Origin: Candidatus Rokuibacteriota bacterium
GTDB lineage: Bacteria > Methylomirabilota > Methylomirabilia > Rokubacteriales > DASRDR01
NCBI GenBank assembly: GCA_044866005.1
Contig: JBIOTN010000110.1
Location: 1 to 41,931, forward strand
Reading direction: 5' to 3'
Length of the DNA stretch: 41,931 nucleotides
A program made the translations under genes and the position numbers. Each line of letters opens with the position of its first letter. Within the stretch, counting starts at the first letter, position 1. Shown in pieces: positions 7,941 to 17,399 of the stretch. The notes under the pieces are model-generated. The model made no database searches, had not been told where the DNA came from, and worked only from the letters and a program-made list of their open reading frames with translations.

Positions 7941-8120
7941 CTTCGCGCCCGCCCCATCGGCCAGCTCCTCCGCTTGCGCGCGACCCGCCGCCCTCGCCGT
8001 CCACCGCGCGTGCGGGCCGGAAATTCGTCGTGGCTATGATATCAACGGGGCAGGCCCGACGTCATCGAGGACAGCGGCCGGCGCCGGCGGGCGGCCGCCC
8101 GGCGGGCGGCTACGCAGCGG

Positions 8121-8203
8121 TCCGAGCGGCGGCTTTGCCGCCGGCCAGCCACCCACACGAGAGGTGGGGGAGGTTCGGAGGGGGCCGTCGGGGCCCCCTC
8201 CGA
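8121..8203 (-). repeat. Two-hairpin REP-like repeat, copy 3
   Basis: Minus strand TCGGAGGGGGCC-CCGAC-GGCCCCCTCCGA-ACCTCCCCCA...CGGCGGC-AAA-GCCGCCGC-TCGGA, 4 nt after the pal stop. Confidence 0.85.
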
Positions 8204-8207
8204 TGAT

Positions 8208-8828
8208 CTACTGCTTGACGAGGAAGTGTGCGCGGCGATTCTGGCCCCAGCAGCCCTCGGTGTGGTCGCTGCAGAGCGGGCGCTCCTCGCCGTAGGTCGT
8301 CATCGTGATCCGGCCGCCGTCGACGCCGTGCGTGACCAGGTAGTCCCGGGTCGCCTTCGCGCGGCGCTCGCCGAGCGCCAGATTGTATTCGTTGGTGCCT
8401 CGCTCGTCCGCGTGTCCTTCGATCAGGACCATCGCGTTGGGGTTCGACTTGAGCCACTTCGCGTTCGCGTCGAGCAGCGGATGGTCCTGCGTCCGCACCT
8501 CGTACCGGTCGAACTCGAAGTGGACGTCACGCAGCGCGGAGACCTCGAAGAACTCCCGCGGCGACGGGAGCGCCGGGATCGAGGTGCCGGTCGCGCCGGC
8601 CATGCCGGGTCCCATCGCGCCGCCCATCCCGCCGGGCCCGGCCGCGACGCCGATCGTGCCGCCCGCGCCGCCCGGTCCGCCCGCCGCGGAGCCGCCGGCG
8701 CCGGATCCCATGCCGCCCGCCCCGCCGGCCCCGGCGCCCGGGGCCTTCCTGGCGCAGCTCCCCAGACCGACGAGCACCGCGCAGAGGGCGACGATCGCAA
8801 GTGACCACTGCCAAGGTCTCTGGCCCAT
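8208..8828 (-). CDS. pal: Peptidoglycan-associated lipoprotein (OmpA family)
   Basis: Lipobox LGSC; VHFEFD and IEGHADERGTNEYNLALGERRA, YGEERP, NRRA signature. ATG at 8828. Confidence 0.9.
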   Translation of the reverse strand: MGQRPWQWSLAIVALCAVLVGLGSCARKAPGAGAGGAGGMGSGAGGSAAGGPGGAGGTIGVAAGPGGMGGAMGPGMAGATGTSIPALPSPREFFEVSALRDVHFEFDRYEVRTQDHPLLDANAKWLKSNPNAMVLIEGHADERGTNEYNLALGERRAKATRDYLVTHGVDGGRITMTTYGEERPLCSDHTEGCWGQNRRAHFLVKQ

Positions 8829-9079
8829 GACACGCTCCTTTCTCCTCGTGAACCGAGGCCGCCCCACCAGACCGGCTACCACCATCTCAGAACGTGCAGC
8901 CGGGACAGAAGGAAAATGTGCGCCAGGCGGCCCGCCGGGGCCCCGGAGGCCTCTCAACTGGGAGGCGGGCCGCCCCGGGGGGGGCGGCGGGCGGCCGCCC
9001 GCGGCTCGCGCCCGTCGCGGGCGGCAGCTATACTAGCCCGGGGTCGAGCCTGACCGGCCTGCCGGCAGAGAGGACGACC

Positions 9080-10246
9080 ATGGCCGTCATCCAGGTTTCG
9101 CTCACCGACGAGCAACGGGCGCTCAAGGCCGGGGTCGCGGAGGTCTGCAAGCGCTACCCGGGAGAGTACTGGCGCGAGCTCGACCGCGAGCGGGCCTACC
9201 CCGAGGCCTTCGTCACCGAGCTGACGCGGGCGGGGTACCTCGCCGCGCTGGTCCCGCAGGAGTACGGCGGCGCCGGGCTGGGGATCTTCGAGGGCGGGCT
9301 CATCCTGGAAACGATCAACGCTTGCGGCGGGAACGCGGCGGCGTGTCACGCGCAGATGTACATCATGGGCACGCTCCTGCGGCATGGAAGCCCGGCGCAG
9401 AAGGAGCAGTACCTGCCCAGGATCGCGCGCGGCGAGCTGCGGCTCCAGGCCTTCGCGGTGACCGAGCCGAACGCCGGCTCCGACACCACGAAGCTCCAGA
9501 CGACCGCGGTCCGGCAGGGCGACCGGTACGTCGTCAACGGCCAGAAGATCTTCATCTCGCGCGTCCTCCAGTCGGACCTCATGCTGCTGCTGGCGCGGAC
9601 GACGCCGCTCGACCGCGTGAAGCGGAAGACGGACGGCCTGTCGGTCTTCCTCGTCGACATCCGGAGCGCGAAGGGCCTGGACGTGCGGCCGCTCCGGATG
9701 ATGATGAACCACTCGACCAACGCGCTCTTCTTCGACAGCATGGAGGTCCCGGTGGAGGGCCTGATCGGCGAGGAGGGGCGGGGGTTCGCCTACATCCTCG
9801 ACGGGATGAACGCCGAGCGGATCCTCGTGGCCTCCGACTCGCTGGGCGACGGTCGCTGGTTCGTGGAAAAGGCCGTCGCCTACTCGGGCCAGCGCGTGGT
9901 CTTCGGCCGCCCCATCGGGGCCAACCAGGGCGTCCAGTTCCCCATCGCTCGGGCCCACATGGCGGTCGAGGCCGCCGACCTCATGCGGAACAAGGCGGCC
10001 GCCCTCTTCGACGGAGGCGAGCCGTGTGGCGCCGAGGCGAACATGGCGAAGTACCTGGCCGCCGAGGCCGCCTGGGAGGCGGCGAACGCGTGCATCGACT
10101 GCCACGGCGGCTACGGCTACGCGGAAGAGTACGACGTCGAACGGAAGTTCCGCGAGGCGCGCCTCTACAAGACCGCCCCCGTCAACCAGAACCTCGTGCT
10201 CGCCTACGTCGGCGAGCACGTCCTCGGGCTGCCGCGCTCCTACTGA
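9080..10246 (+). CDS. Acyl-CoA dehydrogenase family protein
   Basis: AVTEPNAGSD, VNGQKIFISR, FGRPIGANQGVQF and HGGYGYAEEYDVERKFRE motifs. Confidence 0.95.
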   Translation: MAVIQVSLTDEQRALKAGVAEVCKRYPGEYWRELDRERAYPEAFVTELTRAGYLAALVPQEYGGAGLGIFEGGLILETINACGGNAAACHAQMYIMGTLLRHGSPAQKEQYLPRIARGELRLQAFAVTEPNAGSDTTKLQTTAVRQGDRYVVNGQKIFISRVLQSDLMLLLARTTPLDRVKRKTDGLSVFLVDIRSAKGLDVRPLRMMMNHSTNALFFDSMEVPVEGLIGEEGRGFAYILDGMNAERILVASDSLGDGRWFVEKAVAYSGQRVVFGRPIGANQGVQFPIARAHMAVEAADLMRNKAAALFDGGEPCGAEANMAKYLAAEAAWEAANACIDCHGGYGYAEEYDVERKFREARLYKTAPVNQNLVLAYVGEHVLGLPRSY

Positions 10247-10310
10247 GCCGCGCCGCGCCGGCGATCCCGACCGGCCCGGTGGGCTGTCTCCCCGGGAGGG
10301 CACGGAACGC

Positions 10311-13300
10311 ATGAGCATGGAAGACGCGAATCCGGGTGGTGCCCGCGGGCGCTCCGGCGGGACGGTCGAGGGAAGGACCGGCCTGCGGCTCGCCCACAAG
10401 CTGACGGCGGCGCTGCTCCTGCTGTCGGTGGTGCCGCTGGCGGTCGCCGGCACCATCGCGTACGGCCAGCTCCGCACGGTCATCCACGCCGAGACGCAGC
10501 GGACGCTCCGCGTGGCGGCCGACGGCGCCCGTGCGACAGTCCGCGAGTTCCTCGAGTACCTGAAGGGCCGGACGCTCGACGTCAGCACGGACTGGTTCAT
10601 CCGTGACAGCGTGGAGCGCCTGGCCGCCGGCCCGGGATCGGCCGAGGCGCTCGCTGAGCTCGGCCAGTACCTGGCGGTCAGCCGGACGGTCGTCCCCGAG
10701 ACGACCGAGGTCTTCCTGCTCGATCCGCGGGGGCGCGTGCTCGCCTCGTCCGATCCCAGCGCCATCGGCCAGCGGAACGGCGAGACCGACTATTTCCGGA
10801 ACGGCCGCACCGGCGTGTACGTGAGCGATTTCTTCCGTACCCCGGACGGCCGGCAGGTCAGCTGGGTCGTCGCCGCGCCGCTGACCGGCCGCCACTCCGG
10901 CGCCTTCCTGGGAGTCGTGGCGCTCCGCATCGACCCCCGCGCGCTGAGCGACATCACGACGGGCCGGAAGGTCACCGCCTTCGGCGCGCAGAGCCAGTCG
11001 ATGCGGCTGGGGCGGAGCGGCGAGGTCTACATCGTCAACCGGCAGGGCCTCATGCTGACCGAATCCCGCTTCCTGCCGGACGTGATCCTCCGGCAGGCGG
11101 TCGACACCGAGCCGGTGCGGCGGGCCTTCCGGCGCGGCGCGGAGATGCTCGGCGACTACCGGGACTACCGGGGGGTGCCCAACACCGGGGCCTCGGCCAT
11201 CGTGGCCGAGCAGGGCTGGCTGATCGTCGCGGAGGTCGACTTCGACGAGGCCTTCACGCCGGTCCGCCGGCTCCGGACGGCCATGCTGGGCCTGGGCGCC
11301 GTGGTGCTCCCCGCGGTCGCGCTCCTCGGGCTCGTCCTCCGTCGCTCCATCGTGCAGCCCATGCGGGCCATGCTTCAGGCCAACGAGCGGGTGGTGCGCG
11401 AGGGTCCGCTGGCGGGCCTGATCGCGGCCGAGGAGATCCCGAACGACGAGTGGCGCCTCCTCATGTCGATGCGGAACCGGATGCTCCGCCGCGTCGAGGA
11501 GCAGTCCACGCGCCTGTACGAGGAGAGCGAGCGCCGCCGCCGCGAGGTCGAGGTGCTCGTAGACCTGGCGCAGCGGATCAACGCCTCGACCCCCGTGGAC
11601 GGGATCCTGGCGCGGGTGGCCGAGGGCGCCCGGGAGCTCTGCCGGGGCGATCTGGCGGCGGTCGCCCTGCCCGACGGAGAGGCCGACGCGCTCACGGTCG
11701 CGTTCGTGGCCGGCGAAGGCGTCGCCGCCGGGGCGAGGGCGCACCTGGCCGGCGGCCGTCTCGTGGTGGCAGGCGCCCGCTGCTGCCCGGACGGCGGTGC
11801 GGGCGAGCCGTCGGCCTCGGGGGGCGCCGACCTCGCGGTCCCGATCCGGATCGGGCTGCGGACGGAAGGCGCGATCTCCGTCCACGCCCACTCCCGCCAC
11901 GACTTCACCGAGCATGACGAGGCGATCCTGGTCAGCCTCGCGAACCAGGCGGGCATCGCCATCCAGGGCGCCCGCCTGACGCGCGATCACCGCACGCGCC
12001 AGCGCCGGCTGGAGAGCCTGCTCGAGCTGAGTCGCGGGCTCTCCCGCATCGCATCGGAGCGGCCGCTTCGCCGCCGCATCGCCGAGGCGGCCGGGAAGCT
12101 CGTCGACACCGACTGCGTCGCGCTGCACGTGCCCGAGGCCGGCGCGCTCGTGCGCGTCGGCGTGGCGGGCCCCGACGGCGAGGCGCTGCCGGCGCGGGTG
12201 CAGGCGCAGGAGGACGCGATCGGGACGGTCGCCACGACCGGCGAGACGGTGCGGTTCGCGGACCTCGACAGCGCGCCCGGGCTCCTCCCGGGCACGCGGG
12301 ACGCCCTGAAGCTGCTCGGCTACCGCGCGCTGCTCGTGGTCCCGCTCGGCCTGGGCGAGAGCGTCGTGGGGATCCTCAGCCTGGCGACCGGGCGGCCGGC
12401 CGGCTTTTCGGCTGACGACGTGATGCTCGCGACGACGTTCGCCGGCCACGCGGCGACGGCCCTGGACAACGCGCGGCTCTACCGGGAAGCCCAGGAAGCC
12501 GACCGGCGCAAGGACGAGTTCCTCGCGATGCTGGCCCACGAGCTGCGCAACCCCCTCGCGCCGATCCTGAACGCGGCGCGCGTGCTCGACCGCCTCGGCC
12601 CGCAGGATCGGGACGCCGCGCGGCTGCGCGGGATCATCAGCCGGCAAGCCGGGCGGCTCGCACGGCTGGTGGACGACCTCCTCGACGTGGCGCGCATCAG
12701 CTACGGGAAGATCGGCCTCAGCCGCCAGCCGGTCGACCTCAACGAGGTGGCGCGGCGGGCCTTCGAGTCTCTCCACGACGCGGGGCGAGCCGAGGAGCAC
12801 GACATCGCGCTCGTGACCGCGCCGGATCCCGTCGTCGTGGAGGGCGATCCGGTCCGCCTGGAGCAGGTCGTCGGGAACCTCCTGGAGAACGCAGTGAAGT
12901 ACACGCCGGCGGGCGGCGCCATCCAGGTCGTCGTGGAGCGCACCGGTCCGCGGGCGCTGGTACGCGTGCGGGATCACGGCGTGGGGATCGCCCCCGAGAT
13001 GCTGGCGCGCGTGTTCGAACCCCTGACGCAGGCGGACCGATCGCTCGACCGCGCGCAGGGCGGGCTCGGTCTCGGCCTCGCGCTCGTCCGTGCCCTGGTC
13101 GAGCTTCACCACGGGACGGCCCGTGCCGACAGCGCCGGGCCCGGCCAGGGAAGCGAGTTCGTCGTCGAGCTCCCGCTCCGCGGGGGGGTCCTGGAGGCGG
13201 GGCCCGACAAGCCCCGGGGGCCCGAGCCCGGCCCCTGCCACGTCCTGATCGTGGAGGACAACGCCGACGCCCGCGAGGCGCTGGGCGCGCTGCTCGCGCT

Positions 13301-13595
13301 GGGCGGGCATCGCGTGGAGCTGGCCCCGGACGGCGTGGCGGGGCTCGACGCGGCGCTCGCCTCACGGCCCGACGTGGCGCTCGTGGACCTGGGGTTGCCC
13401 GGGCTTGACGGCTACGAGCTGGCGCGCCGCGTGCGGGCGGCCGGAGCGCGCGGCATGCGACTGATCGCGCTGACCGGGTACGGGCAACCGGACGACGTCC
13501 GCCGCGCGCGGGACGCCGGCTTCGACGTGCACCTGACGAAGCCGGTGGACCCGGACGAGCTGGCGGCCGTGATCGCGCGGCTGCTCGCCGCGTAG
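10311..13595 (+). CDS. Hybrid sensor histidine kinase (Cache sensor, two TM, two GAF, HisKA, HATPase, REC)
   Basis: FLAMLAHELRNPL H-box, NLLENAVKYT, DHGVGI and GGLGLGL boxes, C-terminal receiver (IVEDN, VDLGLPGLDG, KPV). Start ATG 10311 or 10317. Confidence 0.93.
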   Translation: MSMEDANPGGARGRSGGTVEGRTGLRLAHKLTAALLLLSVVPLAVAGTIAYGQLRTVIHAETQRTLRVAADGARATVREFLEYLKGRTLDVSTDWFIRDSVERLAAGPGSAEALAELGQYLAVSRTVVPETTEVFLLDPRGRVLASSDPSAIGQRNGETDYFRNGRTGVYVSDFFRTPDGRQVSWVVAAPLTGRHSGAFLGVVALRIDPRALSDITTGRKVTAFGAQSQSMRLGRSGEVYIVNRQGLMLTESRFLPDVILRQAVDTEPVRRAFRRGAEMLGDYRDYRGVPNTGASAIVAEQGWLIVAEVDFDEAFTPVRRLRTAMLGLGAVVLPAVALLGLVLRRSIVQPMRAMLQANERVVREGPLAGLIAAEEIPNDEWRLLMSMRNRMLRRVEEQSTRLYEESERRRREVEVLVDLAQRINASTPVDGILARVAEGARELCRGDLAAVALPDGEADALTVAFVAGEGVAAGARAHLAGGRLVVAGARCCPDGGAGEPSASGGADLAVPIRIGLRTEGAISVHAHSRHDFTEHDEAILVSLANQAGIAIQGARLTRDHRTRQRRLESLLELSRGLSRIASERPLRRRIAEAAGKLVDTDCVALHVPEAGALVRVGVAGPDGEALPARVQAQEDAIGTVATTGETVRFADLDSAPGLLPGTRDALKLLGYRALLVVPLGLGESVVGILSLATGRPAGFSADDVMLATTFAGHAATALDNARLYREAQEADRRKDEFLAMLAHELRNPLAPILNAARVLDRLGPQDRDAARLRGIISRQAGRLARLVDDLLDVARISYGKIGLSRQPVDLNEVARRAFESLHDAGRAEEHDIALVTAPDPVVVEGDPVRLEQVVGNLLENAVKYTPAGGAIQVVVERTGPRALVRVRDHGVGIAPEMLARVFEPLTQADRSLDRAQGGLGLGLALVRALVELHHGTARADSAGPGQGSEFVVELPLRGGVLEAGPDKPRGPEPGPCHVLIVEDNADAREALGALLALGGHRVELAPDGVAGLDAALASRPDVALVDLGLPGLDGYELARRVRAAGARGMRLIALTGYGQPDDVRRARDAGFDVHLTKPVDPDELAAVIARLLAA

Positions 13596-13599
13596 CGGG

Positions 13600-14445
13600 T
13601 CAGCGGGCGGCGCGGTCGGTCAGCCGGGTGGCGCGGGCCGGGTACGCGCGCAGCGATCCGAAGATCAGCACTCCCGCGACCGCGAGGTAGGCGGCGTAGC
13701 CGGCCACTTCGAGCGCCGCGGGCTGCGCGCGGTACCCGATCAGTCCGTTCAGGAACGCGCCGACCGGGCTCTGCTCGCTCAGGACGCCCGAGGTGTCCCA
13801 CAGCGCGTCGGTCTGCGGCAGGACCCCGAGGGCGGCGAGCTTGCCGATCGCCGCCGCGAAGAGGCCGGCGGCGAGGAAGAGGATGAGCACGGAGGTGACC
13901 GCGAAGAAGCGCCGGAGCGAGAGGCGGGTGCCGCCGCGGAAGACCGCCCAGCCGAGCCCCGCGGCGGCGGCGACGCCGGCCACGCCGCCCACCAGGCCGC
14001 TCCAGCCGCCCGCGGCCGTGTGCGAGAAGAGGCCCCAGAGGAACAGCACGGTCTCCGCGCCCTCCCGGAAGACCGCGGTGAAGGCGATCAGCCCCACCAC
14101 CCAGACGCGCCGGCTGGCCGCCGCGGCGTCGATCCGTCGCTCCACGTCCCCGCGGATCGCGCGCGCGTGCTGACGCATCCACCAGCCGTGCCAGGTCAGG
14201 ACGACGACCGCCGTCAAGAGGACGGCGACCACGATCACGTCCGGACCGATGTCGAGGAGGGGACCCGAGAGGTACGTGACGGCCGCGCCGAGCAACGCGC
14301 TGGCCGCCGCCCCGAGCGCGGCCCCCAGCGTGACGCTGCGGTACTGCTCCCGGAAGCCGATCTTGGCGAGATAGGCGTAGACGATCCCGAGGACGAGCGC
14401 CGCCTCGAACCCCTCGCGGAGCGTGATGACGAAGGTGCCGCCCAC
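13600..14445 (-). CDS. FTR1/EfeU-family high-affinity iron permease
   Basis: Two RExxE motifs (REGFE, REGAE) and multiple TM helices. Confidence 0.93.
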   Translation of the reverse strand: MGGTFVITLREGFEAALVLGIVYAYLAKIGFREQYRSVTLGAALGAAASALLGAAVTYLSGPLLDIGPDVIVVAVLLTAVVVLTWHGWWMRQHARAIRGDVERRIDAAAASRRVWVVGLIAFTAVFREGAETVLFLWGLFSHTAAGGWSGLVGGVAGVAAAAGLGWAVFRGGTRLSLRRFFAVTSVLILFLAAGLFAAAIGKLAALGVLPQTDALWDTSGVLSEQSPVGAFLNGLIGYRAQPAALEVAGYAAYLAVAGVLIFGSLRAYPARATRLTDRAAR

Positions 14446-14448
14446 CGG

Positions 14449-14799
14449 TTACTCCGCGACGATCCGGCCCTTGGCCGTCGCTTCGTGGAACTCGCCGACG
14501 AAGAGGTAGGTGCCGGGCTTGAGGCCCTGGACGCGCAGGCGCACGGTCTTCCCCGCCGGGATCAGCTTCTCGATCCGCAGCTCCTTGCTCTCGAACTCCT
14601 CGACCGCGCCGTCCTTGTTGGTGATCACGAGGACGAAGGGGCGCCCGGCCTTCACCCGGATCTCGTCCGGGGTGAAGCGGTTCTGCTGGATCGTCAGCGG
14701 AATCTCCGCAGGCGTGCCGGCTCCCTGCGCCGCGACGCCGCGGGCGGCGAGCCCCGCCCCCAGCAGCAGCACGAGCACCACGACCCGACGCGTGACCAT
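14449..14799 (-). CDS. Exported cupredoxin-domain protein (FtrB/EfeO N-terminal-like)
   Basis: Signal peptide; FTPDEIRV, EEFESKELRIEK and PGTYLFVGEFH motifs. GAGGAGG RBS; start ATG 14799 or GTG 14802. Confidence 0.88.
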   Translation of the reverse strand: MVTRRVVVLVLLLGAGLAARGVAAQGAGTPAEIPLTIQQNRFTPDEIRVKAGRPFVLVITNKDGAVEEFESKELRIEKLIPAGKTVRLRVQGLKPGTYLFVGEFHEATAKGRIVAE

Positions 14800-14835
14800 C
14801 ACGCCTCCTCGCGGCGGCCCGGGGCGAGCGGCCAA

Positions 14836-14864
14836 TTGCAGCCCGGCCCGCGCCGCGCTATGAT
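14836..14864 (+). promoter_or_regulatory. sigma70-type promoter of the DtxR-family gene
   Basis: TTGCAG-N17-TATGAT. Confidence 0.6.
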
Positions 14865-14924
14865 TCGCTCCATACCAGGACTCCGCCTGTCCCGCCCGAC
14901 CGAGCGGCCCGGCGGGATCGAGCA

Positions 14925-14938
14925 TTAGGTATACCTAA
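14925..14938. promoter_or_regulatory. DtxR/SirR-type operator palindrome
   Basis: Perfect AT-rich palindrome TTAGGTATACCTAA with the TTAGG...CCTAA half-sites of DtxR-family boxes. It overlaps the -10 of a minus-strand promoter (TTGACA 14955-14950, N16, TATACC). Confidence 0.8.
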
Positions 14939-14942
14939 CGCC

Positions 14943-15656
14943 ATGAGTTTGTCAAGCCGAAAACGGCGGGGCGCGTCAGCCTCGGCCAAGCCCGAGCCCA
15001 CGGCCTCCATCCAGGATTACCTCGCCGCCATCTACGACCTGGCGGGGAGCGGCCGACCCGTCGTCGGCGCCCGCCTCGCGCGTCACATGAAGATCTCCCC
15101 GCCCGCGGTCACCGAAGCGCTCCAGCGCATGGCCCGAGCCGGCCACGTCCGGATGAACCGCAGCAAGGGCATCCTCCTCACCAAGACAGGCCGAGCGCTC
15201 GCCGAGGTGATGGCCCGCCGCCACCGGCTCCTGGAGCGATGGCTCACGGACATGCTGGGCCTGGACTGGACGGACGCCCACGAGGAGGCCCACCGGCTCG
15301 AGCACGCCCTGTCGCCCCGCGTGGAGGATCGCCTGGCCGCCATCCTCGGGATGCCGACGACCTGTCCGCACGGCAATCCGATCCCCGGGATGTCGCGGCC
15401 GTCGCGAACCCATCCCTTTCCGCTCGACCAGGCGAAGGAACAGACCACCGTGGTGGTGGAGCGGATCACGGAAGAGGCGGAGGCCGATCGGCAACTCCTC
15501 GCACACCTCTGGCGGACGGGCATCCGCCCCGGCACGGTGCTGACGATCCACGAAGTGGCCCCCTGGGGCGGTACCATCACCACGGAGAGCGAGGGGCGGA
15601 CGATCGTCCTCGGGCTGGCCGCAGCCGGCAAGATCTGGGTGTACGAGCCGAAGTGA
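14943..15656 (+). CDS. DtxR/MntR family metal-dependent transcriptional regulator (with FeoA-like domain)
   Basis: QDYLAAIY, RRHRLLERWL, HEEAHRLEHALS and CPHGNPIP motifs. Confidence 0.95.
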   Translation: MSLSSRKRRGASASAKPEPTASIQDYLAAIYDLAGSGRPVVGARLARHMKISPPAVTEALQRMARAGHVRMNRSKGILLTKTGRALAEVMARRHRLLERWLTDMLGLDWTDAHEEAHRLEHALSPRVEDRLAAILGMPTTCPHGNPIPGMSRPSRTHPFPLDQAKEQTTVVVERITEEAEADRQLLAHLWRTGIRPGTVLTIHEVAPWGGTITTESEGRTIVLGLAAAGKIWVYEPK

Positions 15657-15669
15657 CCGGCGGCGATCG

Positions 15670-16614
15670 ATGAAGATGCCGGCGCGCGTGACGATCTGCG
15701 AGGTGGGCCCTCGCGACGGGTTCCAGATCGAGCCCGGCTTCATCCCCACCGCATTGAAAGTGGAGGTCGTGGACCACCTCTCGGCCGCCGGCCTGCCGCG
15801 GATCGAGGTGACCTCGTTCGTCCATCCGAAGGCGGTGCCGCAGCTCGCGGACGCCGAGGCCGTCATGGCGGGGATCCGGCGGCGACCAGACACCGTGTAC
15901 GCGGCGCTCGTCCCGAACGACAGGGGCGCCGTCCGCGCGGTCGATGCGGGCGCGGACGAGCTCCGCACGGTGGTCTCGGCGAGCGAGAGCCACAACCTCG
16001 CCAACCTCAACATGACCGTCGAGGAGTCGCTGGGGAGGCTGGCCGCCGTGGCCGAGGTGGCCGCGCGGGCGCGAGTGCGCGTCGTCGCGGGCATCTCCAC
16101 GGCGTTCGGATGCCCGTTCGAAGGCGCGGTGTCGCTTCCGCGGGTCGACTGGCTCTGCGGCCAGCTGGCCGGGCTGGGCGTGGCGGGGATCGCGCTCGCC
16201 GACACGACCGGCATGGCGAACCCCGCCCAGGTGGCGCGCACCTTCGGGGCCCTCGTGCCGAAGTGGCCGCGCCTGGAATGGGTCCTCCACACGCACGACA
16301 CGCGGGCCATGGCGATCCCGAACATCCTGGCGGCCATGGAGTGCGGCGTGACGGCCTTCGACGCGTCGGTGGGAGGGCTCGGCGGCTGCCCGTTCGCGCC
16401 CGGAGCCTCGGGCAACGTGTGCACCGAGGACCTCGTCCACTGCCTCGACGCGATGGGCATCGAGACGGGCATCGACCTCGGCCGGCTCATCGACACCTCG
16501 AAGCGCGTCGGCGAGATCGTCGGTCGCGTGCTGCCGGGACAGGTGGCCCGGGCGGGCCCCTGGACCCGACGCTACCCCGTCCCCGACCAGGTCCGGGCGC
16601 GGCTGGAAGGCTGA
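15670..16614 (+). CDS. Hydroxymethylglutaryl-CoA lyase family protein
   Basis: EVGPRDGFQ, LADTTG, HTHDT and GLGGCPFAPGASGNVCTED motifs. Confidence 0.93.
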   Translation: MKMPARVTICEVGPRDGFQIEPGFIPTALKVEVVDHLSAAGLPRIEVTSFVHPKAVPQLADAEAVMAGIRRRPDTVYAALVPNDRGAVRAVDAGADELRTVVSASESHNLANLNMTVEESLGRLAAVAEVAARARVRVVAGISTAFGCPFEGAVSLPRVDWLCGQLAGLGVAGIALADTTGMANPAQVARTFGALVPKWPRLEWVLHTHDTRAMAIPNILAAMECGVTAFDASVGGLGGCPFAPGASGNVCTEDLVHCLDAMGIETGIDLGRLIDTSKRVGEIVGRVLPGQVARAGPWTRRYPVPDQVRARLEG

Positions 16615-16615
16615 C

Positions 16616-17395
16616 GTGGGCACGGACCTCATCCGCTGCACCGTCGCGGACGGGGTCGCGGTGCTCACCCTGGACAACCCGCCGCTCAACCTGGTGACCC
16701 TCGAGCTGACCCGCAAGCTGAACGGCGCCCTCGACCACCTGGCCGCCGAGCCCGCGGTCCGGATCCTCGTCGTGACCGGGAGCGGCGAGCGCGCCTTCTG
16801 CGCCGGCTCGGACCTCCGCGAGTTCCCGGCCGTGATGGACGACGTCGTGACCCGGAAGCTCGCCTACGAGAACGAGACGTTCAGCAAGCTCGACGACTTT
16901 CCCCGCCCGACGATCGCCGCGCTGAACGGGCTCGCCTACGGCGGCGGCCTCGAGCTCGCCGTCTGCTGCGACATCCTGATCGCGGGCGCCGACGTCCGGC
17001 TCGCGCTTCCGGAGATCACGCTCGGCGTGTTTCCCGGCAGCGGCGGGACGGTCCGCGTCCCCCGCCGCGTGGGCGAGGGGCGCGCCAAGGAGCTCGCCTT
17101 CACCGGGGAGCCGATCGACGCCCGGACCGCGCTCGCCTGGGGCCTGGTGAACCGCGTCGTGCCGGCCGGCCAGGCCCTGGCCGGGGCCCGCGAGCTGGCC
17201 GCGCTCCTGGCGAGCCGGCCCGGGCGCGCGCTCGCGCTCTGCAAGGAGGCGGTGGACCTCGCGCTGGAGACCGGCGAGGAGGAGGCCCTCGCCCGGACGC
17301 TGCCCCTGAGCGACCGGGCCTTCAAGACCGCGGACTGCCGGGAGGGCGTCCGGGCCTTCTTCGCGAAGGAGCGCCCCCGCTTCCAGCACCGGTAG
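16616..17395 (+). CDS. Enoyl-CoA hydratase/isomerase family protein
   Basis: AFCAGSDL, AYGGGLELAVCCD and PEITLGVFPGSGG crotonase motifs. Confidence 0.95.
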   Translation: MGTDLIRCTVADGVAVLTLDNPPLNLVTLELTRKLNGALDHLAAEPAVRILVVTGSGERAFCAGSDLREFPAVMDDVVTRKLAYENETFSKLDDFPRPTIAALNGLAYGGGLELAVCCDILIAGADVRLALPEITLGVFPGSGGTVRVPRRVGEGRAKELAFTGEPIDARTALAWGLVNRVVPAGQALAGARELAALLASRPGRALALCKEAVDLALETGEEEALARTLPLSDRAFKTADCREGVRAFFAKERPRFQHR

Positions 17396-17399
17396 CCGC

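Noticed and set aside
8954..13310. Very long antisense or alternate-frame ORFs (e.g. 8954..10765, 10182..13310, and likewise 16936..18780, 26379..28313)
   Set aside because: They shadow well-supported genes and have low-complexity composition, as expected from stop-codon scarcity in high-GC DNA.
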